Source: Williopsis jadinii (lineage: Eukaryota). Taken from it: DNA of 64,000 nucleotides. The notes beneath the pieces are model-generated. The model was not told where the DNA came from. It was given only the letters and a program-made list of their open reading frames with translations, and did not search any database. Position numbers and translations under genes: made by a program. The stretch lies in assembly GCA_024346625.1 (NCBI GenBank), contig AP024667.1:682001-746000 (forward strand), in the 5' to 3' direction. This document shows positions 32,111 through 44,431 of the stretch, in pieces. Positions within the stretch are counted from its first letter, which is position 1; the number at the start of each line of letters is the position of its first letter.

Positions 32111-33406
32111 ATGGACTCCACAGTGAAAGAGCTGATACGATACGTCTCCCGAGGATTCTACGGAAGACCCTATGTCCTTATCTTGGACGCTGTTCTGGTA
32201 CACTCTGTGTTGTCGGAGGACGACCTGTCTCACCTGTTGGGGATCCAGAGGAAGGAGCTGCGCTCGCTGTGCAACAAGCTGATAGATGATAGGCTGCTGA
32301 ACATACACGTGCAAAGAGAAGAGGGCATGAACGGCATGCGTCCGACTACAAAGACGTACTATTTCATTCACTTCACAGAGGCCATTGATGCGGTGAAGTG
32401 GAAAGTCCATCAGGTTGTACAGGGGGTTCAGCAGCACATCAAGGCGGACTCGTCTCCACAAGGGTATATCTGTCCCATATGTAAGACGAAGTACTCACAG
32501 CTGGATGCGGTGGCGCTGTTGAACTTTGAGAAGAATGAGTTCATCTGCTCCTTGTGTAATGAGGTGCTGGTTGAAGACGACTCCGGCAAGGTGGCGAAGG
32601 AGAATCAGCTCAAGTACTCGAACCTGATGAAGCAGCTGGAGCCTCTGATCAACTACCTCCGTAAGATCGATGAGCACACCATTCCTGAGAACAACTTTGC
32701 CACATCGCTATCGAAGATGGTGCCTGCGGTGGCTTCCACAACGGCGTCGTACACGGTGTCCAACTTCAGAAAGAACACGAGAATGTTTGACAGAAACTCG
32801 TACCTCAACAACGCTTCCTCCATGGTTGCCGGAGCTAGATCTCAGGCCACGTTGCACGTCAACATATCTGCTGATGGTGATGATCTACAGAGGGAGAAGC
32901 AGGCAATTGAGCAGGAGGAGAAGCGGAAACAAAACGCATTGCCATCATGGCATGAGGAGTCCACAATTGGTAAATCTCTTGGTAAGCTGGACCAAGACGA
33001 AGGTGAAGAGCCTGAGGTTAAGTTGGAAGATGCAACGGCAGCGACGACAGATGCGAACCAGGAAGCTGCCGTAGAACAAGAACAGGATCAACATTCAGAG
33101 GTTACCGATACTGGTGCGTCGACATCCACTACTGCCAATGCTGTTGAACCTGCTGGTGAAGTTGATAGAGAGGCACAGGAGGCATTGGCTGCATACTATG
33201 CACAGTTGGATCAAAAGGCTAAGGAGGATGCAGATGAGGAGGACTTTGATGAAGATTTCGACGAGGATGAAGAGTTTGATGATTTTGAAGACGTTGACAT
33301 CGGTGAGAACGTAGCAACAAACACAGCACAAACTCTAGAGAACCAGACGAGCCAAGAAGTCAATGACATTGTTGAGGAGATTGAATTTGACAGCGATGAG
33401 GAATAA
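32111..33406 (+). CDS. TFA1: TFIIE large (alpha) subunit
   Basis: Winged-helix N-terminus, zinc ribbon CPIC...CSLC, KRKQNALPSWH and an acidic tail. Confidence 0.93.
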   Translation: MDSTVKELIRYVSRGFYGRPYVLILDAVLVHSVLSEDDLSHLLGIQRKELRSLCNKLIDDRLLNIHVQREEGMNGMRPTTKTYYFIHFTEAIDAVKWKVHQVVQGVQQHIKADSSPQGYICPICKTKYSQLDAVALLNFEKNEFICSLCNEVLVEDDSGKVAKENQLKYSNLMKQLEPLINYLRKIDEHTIPENNFATSLSKMVPAVASTTASYTVSNFRKNTRMFDRNSYLNNASSMVAGARSQATLHVNISADGDDLQREKQAIEQEEKRKQNALPSWHEESTIGKSLGKLDQDEGEEPEVKLEDATAATTDANQEAAVEQEQDQHSEVTDTGASTSTTANAVEPAGEVDREAQEALAAYYAQLDQKAKEDADEEDFDEDFDEDEEFDDFEDVDIGENVATNTAQTLENQTSQEVNDIVEEIEFDSDEE

Positions 33407-33578
33407 GACATCTATGGGCATCTACAGGAGAAAGCGAACAAAATACATACGCAACGAAGCCACAACAAGACCAAACATGAAGACGTATACTTAATCTATG
33501 TCCAAAAAATGCACCATTTCATCAGACTCTTCGTGGAGACCACCTATGGAGTCGCTCCTATTCACGTAGTATATATCT

Positions 33579-34514
33579 CTAATTAACCATAATCCACAGG
33601 ATAAAGAACACCAGAAGAACACTGAAGATCTTGAGATATAGCCATCTGTTATTGCTAATGTTGTTGAAATACTTCAGAAGCTCCCTCTGCGCGCCAACAA
33701 TGTTCATGTCGATGTCTTCGACGTTGCTGTCGATACGTTGAACCTGTTCACTCTGCTCATTAACCATAGTGGCCAGCTGCTGGAACAGTTGACCCACCTG
33801 GTTGATCGACGATTCGATCGTTTCCACTGCAAGGTTACGGTCCTGGAGGTACTCCTGGCCTTGTTCCTCCAGCAGTTGCATCTGTTGATCTTGCGGTAAT
33901 GACAACAGAGCTTCATTCGCAGAAGCGTGTGCTCCGGTATCGAACAGGAACGGGTTATCTGCCGTGGTCTGCTGCACCAGCTGTGAGTTCTGTAGCGAGG
34001 AAAAGAACTTCTCCTTACGTGATTTGTTCTGCAATTCCGTCTTTTGTCTCGTCTCCAGCACTTCCTTGAAGTTACCACTGACGTTTCTCATTCTCGTGTT
34101 CAGCAGCTGCACAACGTTGGACGAGTTCTTCTTCATGTCGCTATTGGCCATATCACCACCGCTCTTCAGGTACTCCTGCAACCCCTTCAGCGACTTCTCA
34201 ATCTTGAAGATGTCCTGCTTGATAACATACGTCAACTCTGAGATCTCCACAGGGTTGTCATCAAACAGCGGCTTCTTCTTCGCCAACAGCGCCAACTTAC
34301 CCAGAAGCTCGGACGTGCGCGAGATGTCCTTCGCAATCTCGGACGCTCTTATCTGGAACTGCGACTTGTTGATCTGTGGTTGCTGCTGCGATGCCTGCTG
34401 CTGCTGCTGTTGTTGTTGTTGTTGTTTGGACACACGCTTGTTAAAGGATACAACACACTGCTGGAACTCCAACGTCCGGTCCTGGATGTTCTGTGGCGTG
34501 TGTGGTGCGTACAT
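33579..34514 (-). CDS. SED5: cis-Golgi t-SNARE (syntaxin 5)
   Basis: IQDRTLEFQ, LFDDNPVEISELTYVIKQD, a SNARE motif and a C-terminal TM segment. Contains a polyQ tract. Confidence 0.95.
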   Translation of the reverse strand: MYAPHTPQNIQDRTLEFQQCVVSFNKRVSKQQQQQQQQQQASQQQPQINKSQFQIRASEIAKDISRTSELLGKLALLAKKKPLFDDNPVEISELTYVIKQDIFKIEKSLKGLQEYLKSGGDMANSDMKKNSSNVVQLLNTRMRNVSGNFKEVLETRQKTELQNKSRKEKFFSSLQNSQLVQQTTADNPFLFDTGAHASANEALLSLPQDQQMQLLEEQGQEYLQDRNLAVETIESSINQVGQLFQQLATMVNEQSEQVQRIDSNVEDIDMNIVGAQRELLKYFNNISNNRWLYLKIFSVLLVFFILWIMVN

Positions 34515-34908
34515 CGTGTTCTTCTGTGTTCAGCTCTTCACCAAAAGCTTCGTATTCGACCCCAAAGCGACTCCCCAGACGGCTTTTGGCCTTGTTCCCT
34601 TCCCTGTGGTTTCGGTATGAATTCGCTGTTGTTTGTGCCTGGCGGTGGTGTTGGAACCGTTGGGCGGAGGGCGCTTTGCCTGGGAAACCGCACACACCGC
34701 GAAACAGCACACGCCGCCAAATCCGGGGGCCCATCGCCACCGGAAGTGCCTCGATAAATTTTTCCTACGCTCTTTTTTTTTCCCGCCGTGTTTGTGTCTC
34801 TCTTTGTGTTTTGTGTCGATGACCTGGTGACCACTCTCTTTTTTCCTTGTTTGGCTGCTTTTGATTGGTTGTTAACCACCAGCTTGCTTTCTGACCTGAG
34901 TGTTGACG

Positions 34909-36438
34909 ATGTCGAAGAGAACAGCAGAGGAGACGAGCGCAGACAGAAACACGGCCTTGAAGGGCAGTGCGGGCGCCGTGCCAGAGACACATGCTGGCGT
35001 GGAAGGTGATGACGTTGAGATGGGCGAGTTCGAGGACCCGTACAGCGATGAGTACGAGTCTGAGGAGGAGATCATCGAGGTGGACGACCAGGACGATGAT
35101 GGCGAAGGCGATGATGAGATTGCCGATGCGCAAGACGTGATTGCGAAGGATGAGGAGCAGGAGAAGCAGGAGGCGGAATCGACGCTCTACCTGCCACACA
35201 GATCCAGACCGCTGGGCCCAGATGAGGTTTTGGAGGCCGATCCGACGGTTTACGACATGCTGCACACGGTGAACCTGCCATGGCCATGCCTCACGCTGGA
35301 TGTCCTGCCGGACCACCTGGGCGACGAGAGAAGAGCGTTCCCGGCATCTGTGTACCTGGCGACCGCTACACAGGCGCAGAAGAAGAAGGACAACGAGTTG
35401 ATTCTGCTGAAGCTGAGCCAATTGAGCAAGACGCTGGTGAAGGATGAAGATGGCGACGACGACGACGACGACAACGAAGACGAAGACGCGTACGACGGCG
35501 AACCTGTGATGGAATCCGAAACCTTACCACTACGTGATACGACGAATAGAATCAGAGTCTCACCACACGCTGCATCCACTGGTGAGTACTTCACTGCGAC
35601 GTCAAGCGAAACAGGAGAAGTTCTAATCTACGACCTCAGCCCACAGTACAAGTCGTTCGACTCGCCAGGCTACACCATTCCAAAGGCTGCAAAGAGACCT
35701 ATCCACACGGTCAGAAACCATGGTAACGTGGAAGGCTATGGTTTGGATTGGTCTCCATTGATCAAAACAGGTGCATTGCTTTCAGGTGACTGCTCTGGAA
35801 GAATCTTCTTGACCAACAGAACTAGTTCCAACTGGGTCACCGACAAGACGCCATTTACAGTGGACAATAACGAATCCATTGAAGATATCCAATGGTCCAA
35901 AGCTGAGCAGACAGTCTTTGCAACGGCCGGCACGGATGGCTACATAAGAATCTGGGACACCAGATCCAAGAAGCACAGACCTGCGATTAGTGTTGTCGGT
36001 TCCAAGACCGACATCAACGTCATCTCATGGAGTGAGAAGATCAACTACCTGTTGGCATCCGGTGATGATGATGGTAAGTGGGGCATCTGGGACTTGAGAA
36101 ACTTCAAACCAGGGGCCTCGGTATCTCCAGTGGCTCAATACGATTTCCACCAATCAGCCATCACCTCTATTGCATTCAACCCTCTGGATGAATCCATTGT
36201 TGCTGTGTCCTCCGAGGACAACACCGTGACGCTATGGGACATGTCTGTCGAAGCTGACGACGAGGAAGTCAAGCAGCAGAAGAGTGAAACCAAAGAGCTG
36301 GAGGAGATCCCACCACAGCTGTTGTTCGTTCACTGGCAAAAGGACGTCAAGGAGGTCAAGTGGCACAAACAGATCCCAGGTGCCTTGGTTAGTACCGGCA
36401 CTGACGGGCTGAACGTTTGGAAGACCATCAGTGTTTAA
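34909..36438 (+). CDS. RRB1: WD40 ribosome assembly factor
   Basis: [45 protein letters not shown]. First ATG at 34909. Confidence 0.95.
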   Translation: MSKRTAEETSADRNTALKGSAGAVPETHAGVEGDDVEMGEFEDPYSDEYESEEEIIEVDDQDDDGEGDDEIADAQDVIAKDEEQEKQEAESTLYLPHRSRPLGPDEVLEADPTVYDMLHTVNLPWPCLTLDVLPDHLGDERRAFPASVYLATATQAQKKKDNELILLKLSQLSKTLVKDEDGDDDDDDNEDEDAYDGEPVMESETLPLRDTTNRIRVSPHAASTGEYFTATSSETGEVLIYDLSPQYKSFDSPGYTIPKAAKRPIHTVRNHGNVEGYGLDWSPLIKTGALLSGDCSGRIFLTNRTSSNWVTDKTPFTVDNNESIEDIQWSKAEQTVFATAGTDGYIRIWDTRSKKHRPAISVVGSKTDINVISWSEKINYLLASGDDDGKWGIWDLRNFKPGASVSPVAQYDFHQSAITSIAFNPLDESIVAVSSEDNTVTLWDMSVEADDEEVKQQKSETKELEEIPPQLLFVHWQKDVKEVKWHKQIPGALVSTGTDGLNVWKTISV

Positions 36439-36633
36439 CCTCTGTTTAATAATCAAAATGAGATATAATTGTCTGTAATATATAATAGAGACATCAGTGT
36501 GGTTGTATGCATAATAAAATGTCCCGTGGGGGCTTCTCTGCATCAAAATTGGACATGTCTCCTTTAGCCATCGCACTTAGCCATCGCACGTAGCCATCAC
36601 ATTAAGCAGAACAACAGCATCACCAGACAGAAT

Positions 36634-37530
36634 ATGATCACAGACCCACAGGAATTCTACAAGAAACTGGACGACGCAGCGAGCTACACACGCTCAAAGA
36701 TTGACGGGTTTGCGCCACAAGTGCTCATCATTTGTGGGTCTGGTTTAGGAGGGATCTCGTCGCTTATCTCCAACAAGATTGCGATTCCATATGGGACAAT
36801 TCCAGGGTTCAAGACGTCAACGGTTCAAGGACACGCCGGAGAGTTGCAATTCGGGTTCATCGGGACCAACAGGGTCCCTGTCATGTGTATGGTTGGTCGC
36901 TTGCACTACTATGAAGGGTATGAGTTCGAAGATGCCACTTTCGGCGTCAGACTGGCAAAGGAGCTTGGGTGCGACACGGTGTTCGTTACCAACGCCGCCG
37001 GTGGTGTTAGAAAGGGGTTCAAGCCCGGCGATTTGATGGTCATTAGTGATCACATATACTTTGCCGGGTTCAGTGGATCGCACCCTCTCCGTGGTCCCAA
37101 CCTTGAGAAGCTGGGAGAGAGATTTGTCCCAATGAGCGATGCCTATGATCACTCCTTGAGAAAGACGTTCTTCGACAGCGCCAGAGCTCTGGGAATCACT
37201 AGAAGTATCCATGAAGGGACCTATTTCTTTGCAGCAGGGCCTACGTTTGAGTCTAGGGCGGAGGTTCGTGCGATCAGAACCCTGGGAGGTGACTCTGTTG
37301 GTATGAGTACCGTTCCTGAGGTGATCGTTGCAAGACACGCTGGCCTGAGAGTGTTTGCACTCAGTCTCATCACGAACTCATGTGTCGACACACCGGCTCC
37401 TTCTGCGCTGGAGGATGATCCGGTGGCGATGGATGACGGCATTGCATCTCATAAAGAAGTTTTAGAATACGCCAACGAGGCCTCAAAGGACGTTGAAAGA
37501 ATTATTCAGCATGCAATCAACAGTCTTTGA
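36634..37530 (+). CDS. PNP1: Purine nucleoside phosphorylase
   Basis: IICGSGLGG, GRLHYYEG, TNAAGG, GPTFES, VGMSTVPEV. Adjacent to SEC13, as in S. cerevisiae. Confidence 0.95.
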   Translation: MITDPQEFYKKLDDAASYTRSKIDGFAPQVLIICGSGLGGISSLISNKIAIPYGTIPGFKTSTVQGHAGELQFGFIGTNRVPVMCMVGRLHYYEGYEFEDATFGVRLAKELGCDTVFVTNAAGGVRKGFKPGDLMVISDHIYFAGFSGSHPLRGPNLEKLGERFVPMSDAYDHSLRKTFFDSARALGITRSIHEGTYFFAAGPTFESRAEVRAIRTLGGDSVGMSTVPEVIVARHAGLRVFALSLITNSCVDTPAPSALEDDPVAMDDGIASHKEVLEYANEASKDVERIIQHAINSL

Positions 37531-37620
37531 GCCCGTTCTACAGATTATAACTTAGATAGATCTAATGCATCCATTCATTTTGTTTCCTCACTATTAAATC
37601 AAACGAAAGGGACCGAGACA

Positions 37621-38631
37621 TTATTCGTCAATTTGACCAGCACTCTCCCACTTCCCATCAACGTTTTCTCTCCACAGTGTCACTCTGTTATCACCACCAG
37701 AGATTGCCAGAATATTTCCAGACAAACTCCAGCTTGCTCTCCAGACAACGTCTGGGAACTTCTCCTCCGTGAGGAGTTGTTTCTTCCAGACGGCACCTGG
37801 TTGATCCTGTGTCCAAATGATCACAGTGCGGTCTTGTGAAGCAGAAGCAATGTAAGAGCGGACAAGCACCGATGGTGACCATGCAACGTCTCTAACCCAG
37901 TCGGAGTGTCCTTCCAAGGTGTGTTCCAACAGGTAGCTCTTTGTCTCTGGAGAGTACTTCCAGATCTTGACCAGGTTATCGCAACCACCAGAGACAAACC
38001 TACGTTCGTGTTGTTGCTTGTCAGTGGTATCAACGGCAGATGACGCAGCGACAGGTGGCGCCCAGGTGGCAGAGTTCACGCCAATGGCGTGTGCATTGTC
38101 AACAACGGTGGATGCTGTAGTGCCGTCTTCCTTGTACTCGACAATGGAGATTCTACCATCAGAGGACGTGACGAGCAGCAGAGCGCCGTATTCATGAGGA
38201 GCCCAGGACACACTATTCACGCTCGCATGGTGCACCGCATGCTCTGAGATTATTGACCATCTCCCTTGGTCCTCCTTCCAGATGAGCACCTTACCGTCAT
38301 AGGACGCAGATGCTAAGATAACACCAAACTTAGGGTGTGCCCAACTGACCTGCCAAACCGGACCGTCGTGTCCTCTGAGCGTCTCGAGAAGCTTATGACC
38401 CTCGTCTGAAACCTCAAAGATCTTGATGGACTTGTCGGACGAGCACGTCGCAAGACGCTTCCCGTAGTAGTCCAGGACTGCGTCGTGGATCAAGTCATCA
38501 TGGGCGTTGCCGATGGTGACCTTGGACGATGTTAGTAAACACAGGATCATAACAGAACACAGACACCTCTAAATCAAAGGAGTGGATGCTGGCTGGCGAG
38601 ACACGGAGGCCAGCACGTGAAAACATACCAT
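37621..38631 (-). CDS. SEC13: COPII/nuclear-pore WD40 protein, 2 exons
   Basis: The first coding exon is ATG only (38631-38629); intron 38628-38521 (GTATGT...TACTAAC...AAG). Gives [30 protein letters not shown]. Confidence 0.95.
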
Positions 38632-39300
38632 ATTGGAAGTGTTACGGGTGTGTGTGAAGTTCAATTGACAAAGAGAGATTCCGGTTTCCCAAGCTAACGT
38701 TAAAGGGGAGGAGTTTCAGTCCGTTGTGTTACTGTGTTGTTGATGCTCTCGCGCTGGCCCGTCCCCCTACGTGTTGGCCTCGGTGGTCGTTGTGGGAATT
38801 TTCCGTGGACAAATTGCGGTGCTGCCCGAACCAGACAAGTTTGCGCCATTCCGCGACAATTGCCCGATTCAGCGTTTGTTAGTGGTTTGGCGCTCTCAAG
38901 GGCATCAACGCAGGTACTATAGCACGACAATGGTAACAAAAGGAATATGGATACTTGAGATTGGAGATAAATATATATATAATGGTGGATATGAACAAGC
39001 AGACACACACACACACACGAAAAATATTCAAATATTTTATTAGAGTCGTCACGAGATGTCATAAACAAATAAAAAGAAGAAGAGTAGTAAAGCGTAGAGC
39101 CATGGCCATTCTCCAGAGAAACAAACAGGTCCATGTATATCCAGCTGTGCGAGTACCCGTCTTCCTCAGCACATTCCAAAAATGCCCCTCCTCCAATATC
39201 TTTTATAACGTTGAAAACTATAGTGGAAAACAATGCAACACCTTCACCGAGAAGAGCAAAACTCTCTCGCCTCGCCCCGTTTTAAATGTATGTAGTAATT

Positions 39301-40086
39301 TTAACCCTCCAATGAGAGACCCTTCTTGATCTCAGCAATGGCCTTACCTGGGTTCAAACCCTTCGGACATGTTCTTGTACAGTTCAAGATGGTGTGACAT
39401 CTGTACAAGGACATTGAGTTTTGCAAGAGTTCTCTTCTCATGTGGGTGGCTTCGTCTCTACTGTCAATCAACCATCTGTATGCTTGCATCAACACAGCAG
39501 GACCCAAGTACTCTTGCTGATTCCACCAGTAGGATGGACAACTGGTGGAACAACAAGCACACAAAATACATTCGTACAAACCATCCAACTTCTTTCTGTC
39601 AGCAATGGATTGCAAGTTCTCCTTACCATCCTCTGGGACAGTGTCACGCTGGAGGTATGGCTGAATGGACTTGTATTGCTTGTAGAAGTGTGTCAGATCC
39701 GGAACAAGGTCTCTGACGACGAACATGTGTGGCAATGGGTAAATCTTTGTGTTCTTGCTAGTGTCGCGGTCAATACGGCACAAACAGGCAAGTGTGTTAC
39801 GACCACCAATGTTCATGGCACAGGAACCACAGATACCCTCACGACACGATCTTCTAAAGGTCAATGTGGCATCTTGTTCGTTTTTGATCTTGAGAAGGGC
39901 ATCAAGAACCATAGGACCACAATCGTTCAAGTCAATCTTGTACTCTTGCAATCTTGGCTTCTCCTCCGGAGTGTCTGGTGACCAACGGTAAATGTTGAAG
40001 GTCTTGATGAGTGGTGCCTTTTCAGTCGTCGAGGCAAGACCACGGGAAAGGAGTGGAGTGACGGTAACAAAGCGCTTTGCAAACAT
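39301..40086 (-). CDS. SDH2: Succinate dehydrogenase iron-sulfur subunit
   Basis: [36 protein letters not shown]. The presequence starts MFAKRF (40086). Confidence 0.97.
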   Translation of the reverse strand: MFAKRFVTVTPLLSRGLASTTEKAPLIKTFNIYRWSPDTPEEKPRLQEYKIDLNDCGPMVLDALLKIKNEQDATLTFRRSCREGICGSCAMNIGGRNTLACLCRIDRDTSKNTKIYPLPHMFVVRDLVPDLTHFYKQYKSIQPYLQRDTVPEDGKENLQSIADRKKLDGLYECILCACCSTSCPSYWWNQQEYLGPAVLMQAYRWLIDSRDEATHMRRELLQNSMSLYRCHTILNCTRTCPKGLNPGKAIAEIKKGLSLEG

Positions 40087-40153
40087 TGCTTCTTGATTAG
40101 ACTGGTTCAGAGTAAAACAAGAGAAGAGTGAGGGAAAGAAGAAAAAATTGAAG

Positions 40154-40847
40154 CCAATGGAAATAGTTTTACCTTTAACCATGGGAGAGCCTCCTCAACT
40201 GGCGTCTGCTGTGGTCATCGGTCCCGTAGTGCGGAAACGGTAGACGCAACACTTTTTACAGCGAAAACCTCCGGGGCAGAGCGTAAGCAAAACCCCATTT
40301 TCCGGGCTTGTGATTGGCTCGGTTCATATTGCCTGCGGTGTAAGGATGTTGCTGACAATCAAAAACTTCCTGCACACTTTTAAATTTTCCCGCGTTTGTA
40401 CAAGTCGTTTGCGCGACAATTGGAATCCAAATGTGTACACGGGGTACCAACCCACTGCCACACAAAAAAGTACTAGGGAAAGTATAAGTAAAATCAGGAG
40501 GTGGGCAATGGGGACCTGGCCGTATACGATTGGTTCAGCAGTATACAGAAATTGGCGGTGTGTAAATTTGTTGTTCAATGCGCACTAAGTGTATCACAAT
40601 TGTGCCAATGTCGTCATGAGCCCGGAGTTTCTGACTTCCAAGATTGGGCGACATCAAACGTGATTCACCCATAGAGTCATACCCCAGGCACGCTTTTTCA
40701 ACCTCTTGTACAGCTTTCTCATCGCTGTTACAAGGGAACTAAAATGGTGCGCGTGCCGGTGTTCCAGACGGGTTTTCACACCCAATAACGTGCGCCAACC
40801 GGAAATGATTACCCCGGTAAAAGTAGTGAAGCGCAGCCTATGCCAAT
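40154..40847. promoter_or_regulatory. Cluster of CCAAT boxes upstream of SDH2 (Hap2/3/5 complex)
   Basis: CCAAT/ATTGG at about 40154, 40313, 40529, 40551, 40605, 40643 and 40843. SDH genes are established Hap targets. Confidence 0.45.
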
Positions 40848-42211
40848 TCTTCCTTTTTTGCTTAGCTTAGGCTATAACATGTTTTAGACGTGGAGAAAGG
40901 GGGGAGGGGGTGGTGCTATGGAGAATTCACCCATTACAAAGGCTCAGCCATACTAGTTGCTGATTTGAGCGGTGACAATTGGGTACGAGGATTTTTTGGC
41001 ATTGTGAGATTTGTCAATCTATGACTAAGGATTAGATCTACACCGGTTATCGGTGTACAGTTGATTCTTTACAGGCAGAGGCCTGTAGTGAACCATACTT
41101 TAGGAAACGGAGAGATGGGAAGAATATGTCTCTCTATGATTGACTTTTGGACCATTGCATTTGGTGGTAATCTTCAAATGTGAATGCTCTTCAGCGAGCC
41201 TTCTGTAGTGGCCATAAACAAAGAGAGTGTACCCAATGCCCACACAACACATTGGATGTTCAACACAGCTTGTGTTGGACAGTGCATCTCATTGGTCACC
41301 ACATGTGAGGTACTAGCAACGTGTAACCTCGGAGGGTATGGTCAAGCCTTCCAATATTGTCTTGCTCCAAGCCAATCTGTACTAAAGCACTTCTAAACTT
41401 GTCCCGATTTGAAGGACAGTGTGGTTGATTGGTTTTCTACAATTGAACAAATACCTCCGAATAGTTGAACAAAGTAGATAATCCTCACCAGGACGAGGTA
41501 CAGAACAAAGTGAACCAAGGCAAACAATCTTCTCATCCTCTTTAAATTTCCCTATGTGAGACGCGCTACCTTGTCGTGAAAACACATCAAATTTGGCCCA
41601 GCGCCGCAAACTCTGAAGAACCGAAAATCGCAAACAAACGAGATCTAAGGAGAGCTCATGTGGTGTCTGGATGATTCCAGGCGCACAGCTGTGAACGTTA
41701 CGGACACCTCCACGAGGAATGAGAGGTGCGAGCACAGCAATGTAACCATCCGCATGAATAAACTGTGCTGTCCTTTTTACATGCTGACAAATGGAGTGAG
41801 AACATACCCGCTATAATGTTTATTGTCACCTCTTGAGCGTGCAATGTGTGCTACATCTCAAACTTTTGCTGCTGAATTTAACCAGCGTAACCACTATGAG
41901 ACAAGAGGCGCAAAAAAATAAACGACAAACCATGCTAACAGCGCGCGCGACAGGTGCCAAAAGCTTCTCTGTCATGTGTACGATCGCTGAGGAGAAGCAA
42001 GGTGAAATTCCAAGGATACCCTGAAATTGCAAAGACGTCCGACAAGAAAGAAGAGGCCAGAAAAAGGAAGACTGGAAAAAACATACAGTAGGAAAGCAAT
42101 TCCATATTCTTCTACTTCCCCTTGTTTGTTGTCAATTCCTGTTCACTATTGTCTCCTTCAATTAAACACGACCTCAAGTTAAAGACACAAAACACAGCAA
42201 TACACCCAGCA

Positions 42212-43114
42212 ATGGTTAACTACGGTGAATGGATGCGCGATGTCAACGATGACACGTTGTTGTCAACTCTGTCTCTACCAGGTACACACAACGCGGCGGC
42301 CTGCCACACTGCGCTCCCATCAGTGCAATGTCAAGGCGCCAGTGTTAAGGACCAGTTGAACAACGGTGTTCGTTTCCTGGACATTCGTCTCTCCAAGAAC
42401 ATTCTTAAGAGTGACGAGGCTGACCAAAAGAACCTCATTGTGTGCCATGGCAAGTTTCCCGTTAAACTCTTGGGCAATGTGTACTTGAAGGACGTTCTCA
42501 GTGACGTTTTCAAGTACCTGGAGGAGCACAGTTCCGAAACTGTTATCGTTAGTTTGAAACAGGAGGGAAACGGGTCCTGGGACAATGATCAAGATGAGTT
42601 TGGCAATTTGATTTGGGACAAGTATGTCAGCCCAAACCACGACCGCTGGTACCTTGGTACGGACATCCCTCGCCTGAGAGACTGTAGGGGTAAGGCCATC
42701 TTGTTCCGCAGATTTGGCGTGAAGAACGAGGAGCGCAAGAACCAATTTGGCGTTGACGCTGCCTGGTGGAGCTACAACTGTACCCACGATGATCGTGGTG
42801 CCCTCCAGATCCAGGACTTTTGCGAGATTAGCAGCGTCGACGACATTGCAAAGAAAGCTGAGTATGTGAAGAGCTTATCCAAGGCGGCTGTTGAACACAA
42901 CAGCACCAATCCGGGCGATGCAAAGCTCTTTGTGAATTTCTGCTCAGGGTCCAACTTCTTTGACCCGAACTGCTGGCCTTCCAAGGTTGCCCAAGGCTTG
43001 AACGAGCAAGGCATTGCAGAGTCCTTTGGCAAAGGAAGTGGGATTATCGTTTTGGATTACGCGGAGGAGTCAGAATGGAACCTGGTGAGGGAACTGGTTG
43101 ACAAGAACTTTTGA
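42212..43114 (+). CDS. Bacterial-type phosphatidylinositol-specific phospholipase C (X domain only)
   Basis: LSLPGTHN, QLNNGVRFLDIR, VCHG, ETVIVSLKQE, IPRLRDCRGKAILFRRF, IQDF. First ATG at 42212. Confidence 0.85.
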   Translation: MVNYGEWMRDVNDDTLLSTLSLPGTHNAAACHTALPSVQCQGASVKDQLNNGVRFLDIRLSKNILKSDEADQKNLIVCHGKFPVKLLGNVYLKDVLSDVFKYLEEHSSETVIVSLKQEGNGSWDNDQDEFGNLIWDKYVSPNHDRWYLGTDIPRLRDCRGKAILFRRFGVKNEERKNQFGVDAAWWSYNCTHDDRGALQIQDFCEISSVDDIAKKAEYVKSLSKAAVEHNSTNPGDAKLFVNFCSGSNFFDPNCWPSKVAQGLNEQGIAESFGKGSGIIVLDYAEESEWNLVRELVDKNF

Positions 43115-43143
43115 GAGGAGCTTTTAACAAACGACAGTCAAAC

Positions 43144-43176
43144 GAACCGGTTAATTGAATGAACCGGTTAATTGAA
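43144..43176. repeat. Short tandem duplication (17-bp period)
   Basis: GAACCGGTTAATTGAA at 43144-43159 and 43161-43176. Confidence 0.9.
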
Positions 43177-44431
43177 ACCCTTTGTAAGCTGTAGAACTGT
43201 CTAGCGGTGCGGAGCAGACCACCACACTTATCAAGGGTTCAACCGCTTACAGGCACCAACAAACAAAGCTGTGAGGCAGTCGCAAAGGTTTGTATGGGAA
43301 AGCGGTGCAATTCCTGCATAAGCTCTATGCGATCGAGTGGCTAAAGCGGATCAGTAGCACCACACAAAAAGAAATGAAGGCGGCAAAAGTGTGGATCTCC
43401 CACGTTAAGTCAGTGACCAACTTCCCCAGTCGCTGTGAACATGGTCAGAGTGTGGAATCTTAGCCACACCGAGAGGTGTTCATGAAAGTACGAGGAGTAA
43501 TCACGTTCTTTTGTTCCATTATACAGCGAGTTAAAGAATATGTCCATTAAGTAAATGTGCCCGTCTCTGTCTCCTCCCCACGCAGAGCTCAGGCACTCAG
43601 AAACGTATTTTTTCCCGTTGTGGCGGGTGGCAGTTGCGTTTCCTCGATAGGCAGAGGCAAAATGTCTCTTTGTATTTTTCGCCTTTTGTCTCAACCTCAG
43701 CTTTGTTGTTTTAGTCATCGTTCATGCAGAGAGGGACATCAAGTGCGAAAAGCGCCCACAGAGAGAGATTCTGCTTAAACGGTGCAGAAGCTCTGGATTC
43801 CACCAGGAGGTAAAAATTTCAGCTCCAGCAGAGCCAAAGAGAGCCCACGAGAACACACAGTTCATCAGCCCAATGAGCCCACCACATAACGCGTACCCGT
43901 AGAAGATCCGTAGTGTTCCAACCACCGAGTTCCCTCTGTTAAATCCGCCAACCTCCCCCCTCTGCTCTGCGCTGTGCTTTATTTTATACCCATTGCAGTG
44001 TGTCTTTTTCTTCTAATTCCGGTTTAATTTTGAGGGCCCCAACGCCCGCCCCCCTTCTGTACAGGATTTTTTTTCTTCTTTTACCCGTTTCCCACTTCTC
44101 TTCTCTTCTTTTTTCCCTTTTCCCTCTCTTTCATAGAAAAAACAGCAAGACATTCAACGAATATCGGACAAATCTCACACACAGAGTACACGTTTTAGCT
44201 CACTGCACACACTCTGTACCAGCTTCCTTTCACGTCAACAAGTTTCATTGGTTTAATCTCTGTACTTTGGTGTATTTTCTTTGGCTTTCCTTTGTCTTAA
44301 TTCAATTCTGAGAGGGTGATCATACGAAACCCGGAAAAGTTTCTTGTGGAGTGAGTGTTTTCGAGGGAGGAAAAGAGCCCATATATAAAATTTTTGCTTG
44401 TTAGAGAAAGAACCCCCTGGATATCGGAACG

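Noticed and set aside
34380..35009. Many overlapping ORFs in the SED5-RRB1 divergent promoter
   Set aside because: A GC-rich intergenic region and a polyQ-encoding repeat give stop-poor frames with no homology signal.
40200..42100. ~2 kb SDH2/PI-PLC intergenic region as a hidden gene or element
   Set aside because: Only short unconvincing ORFs; it is adequately explained as divergent promoters with CCAAT boxes.
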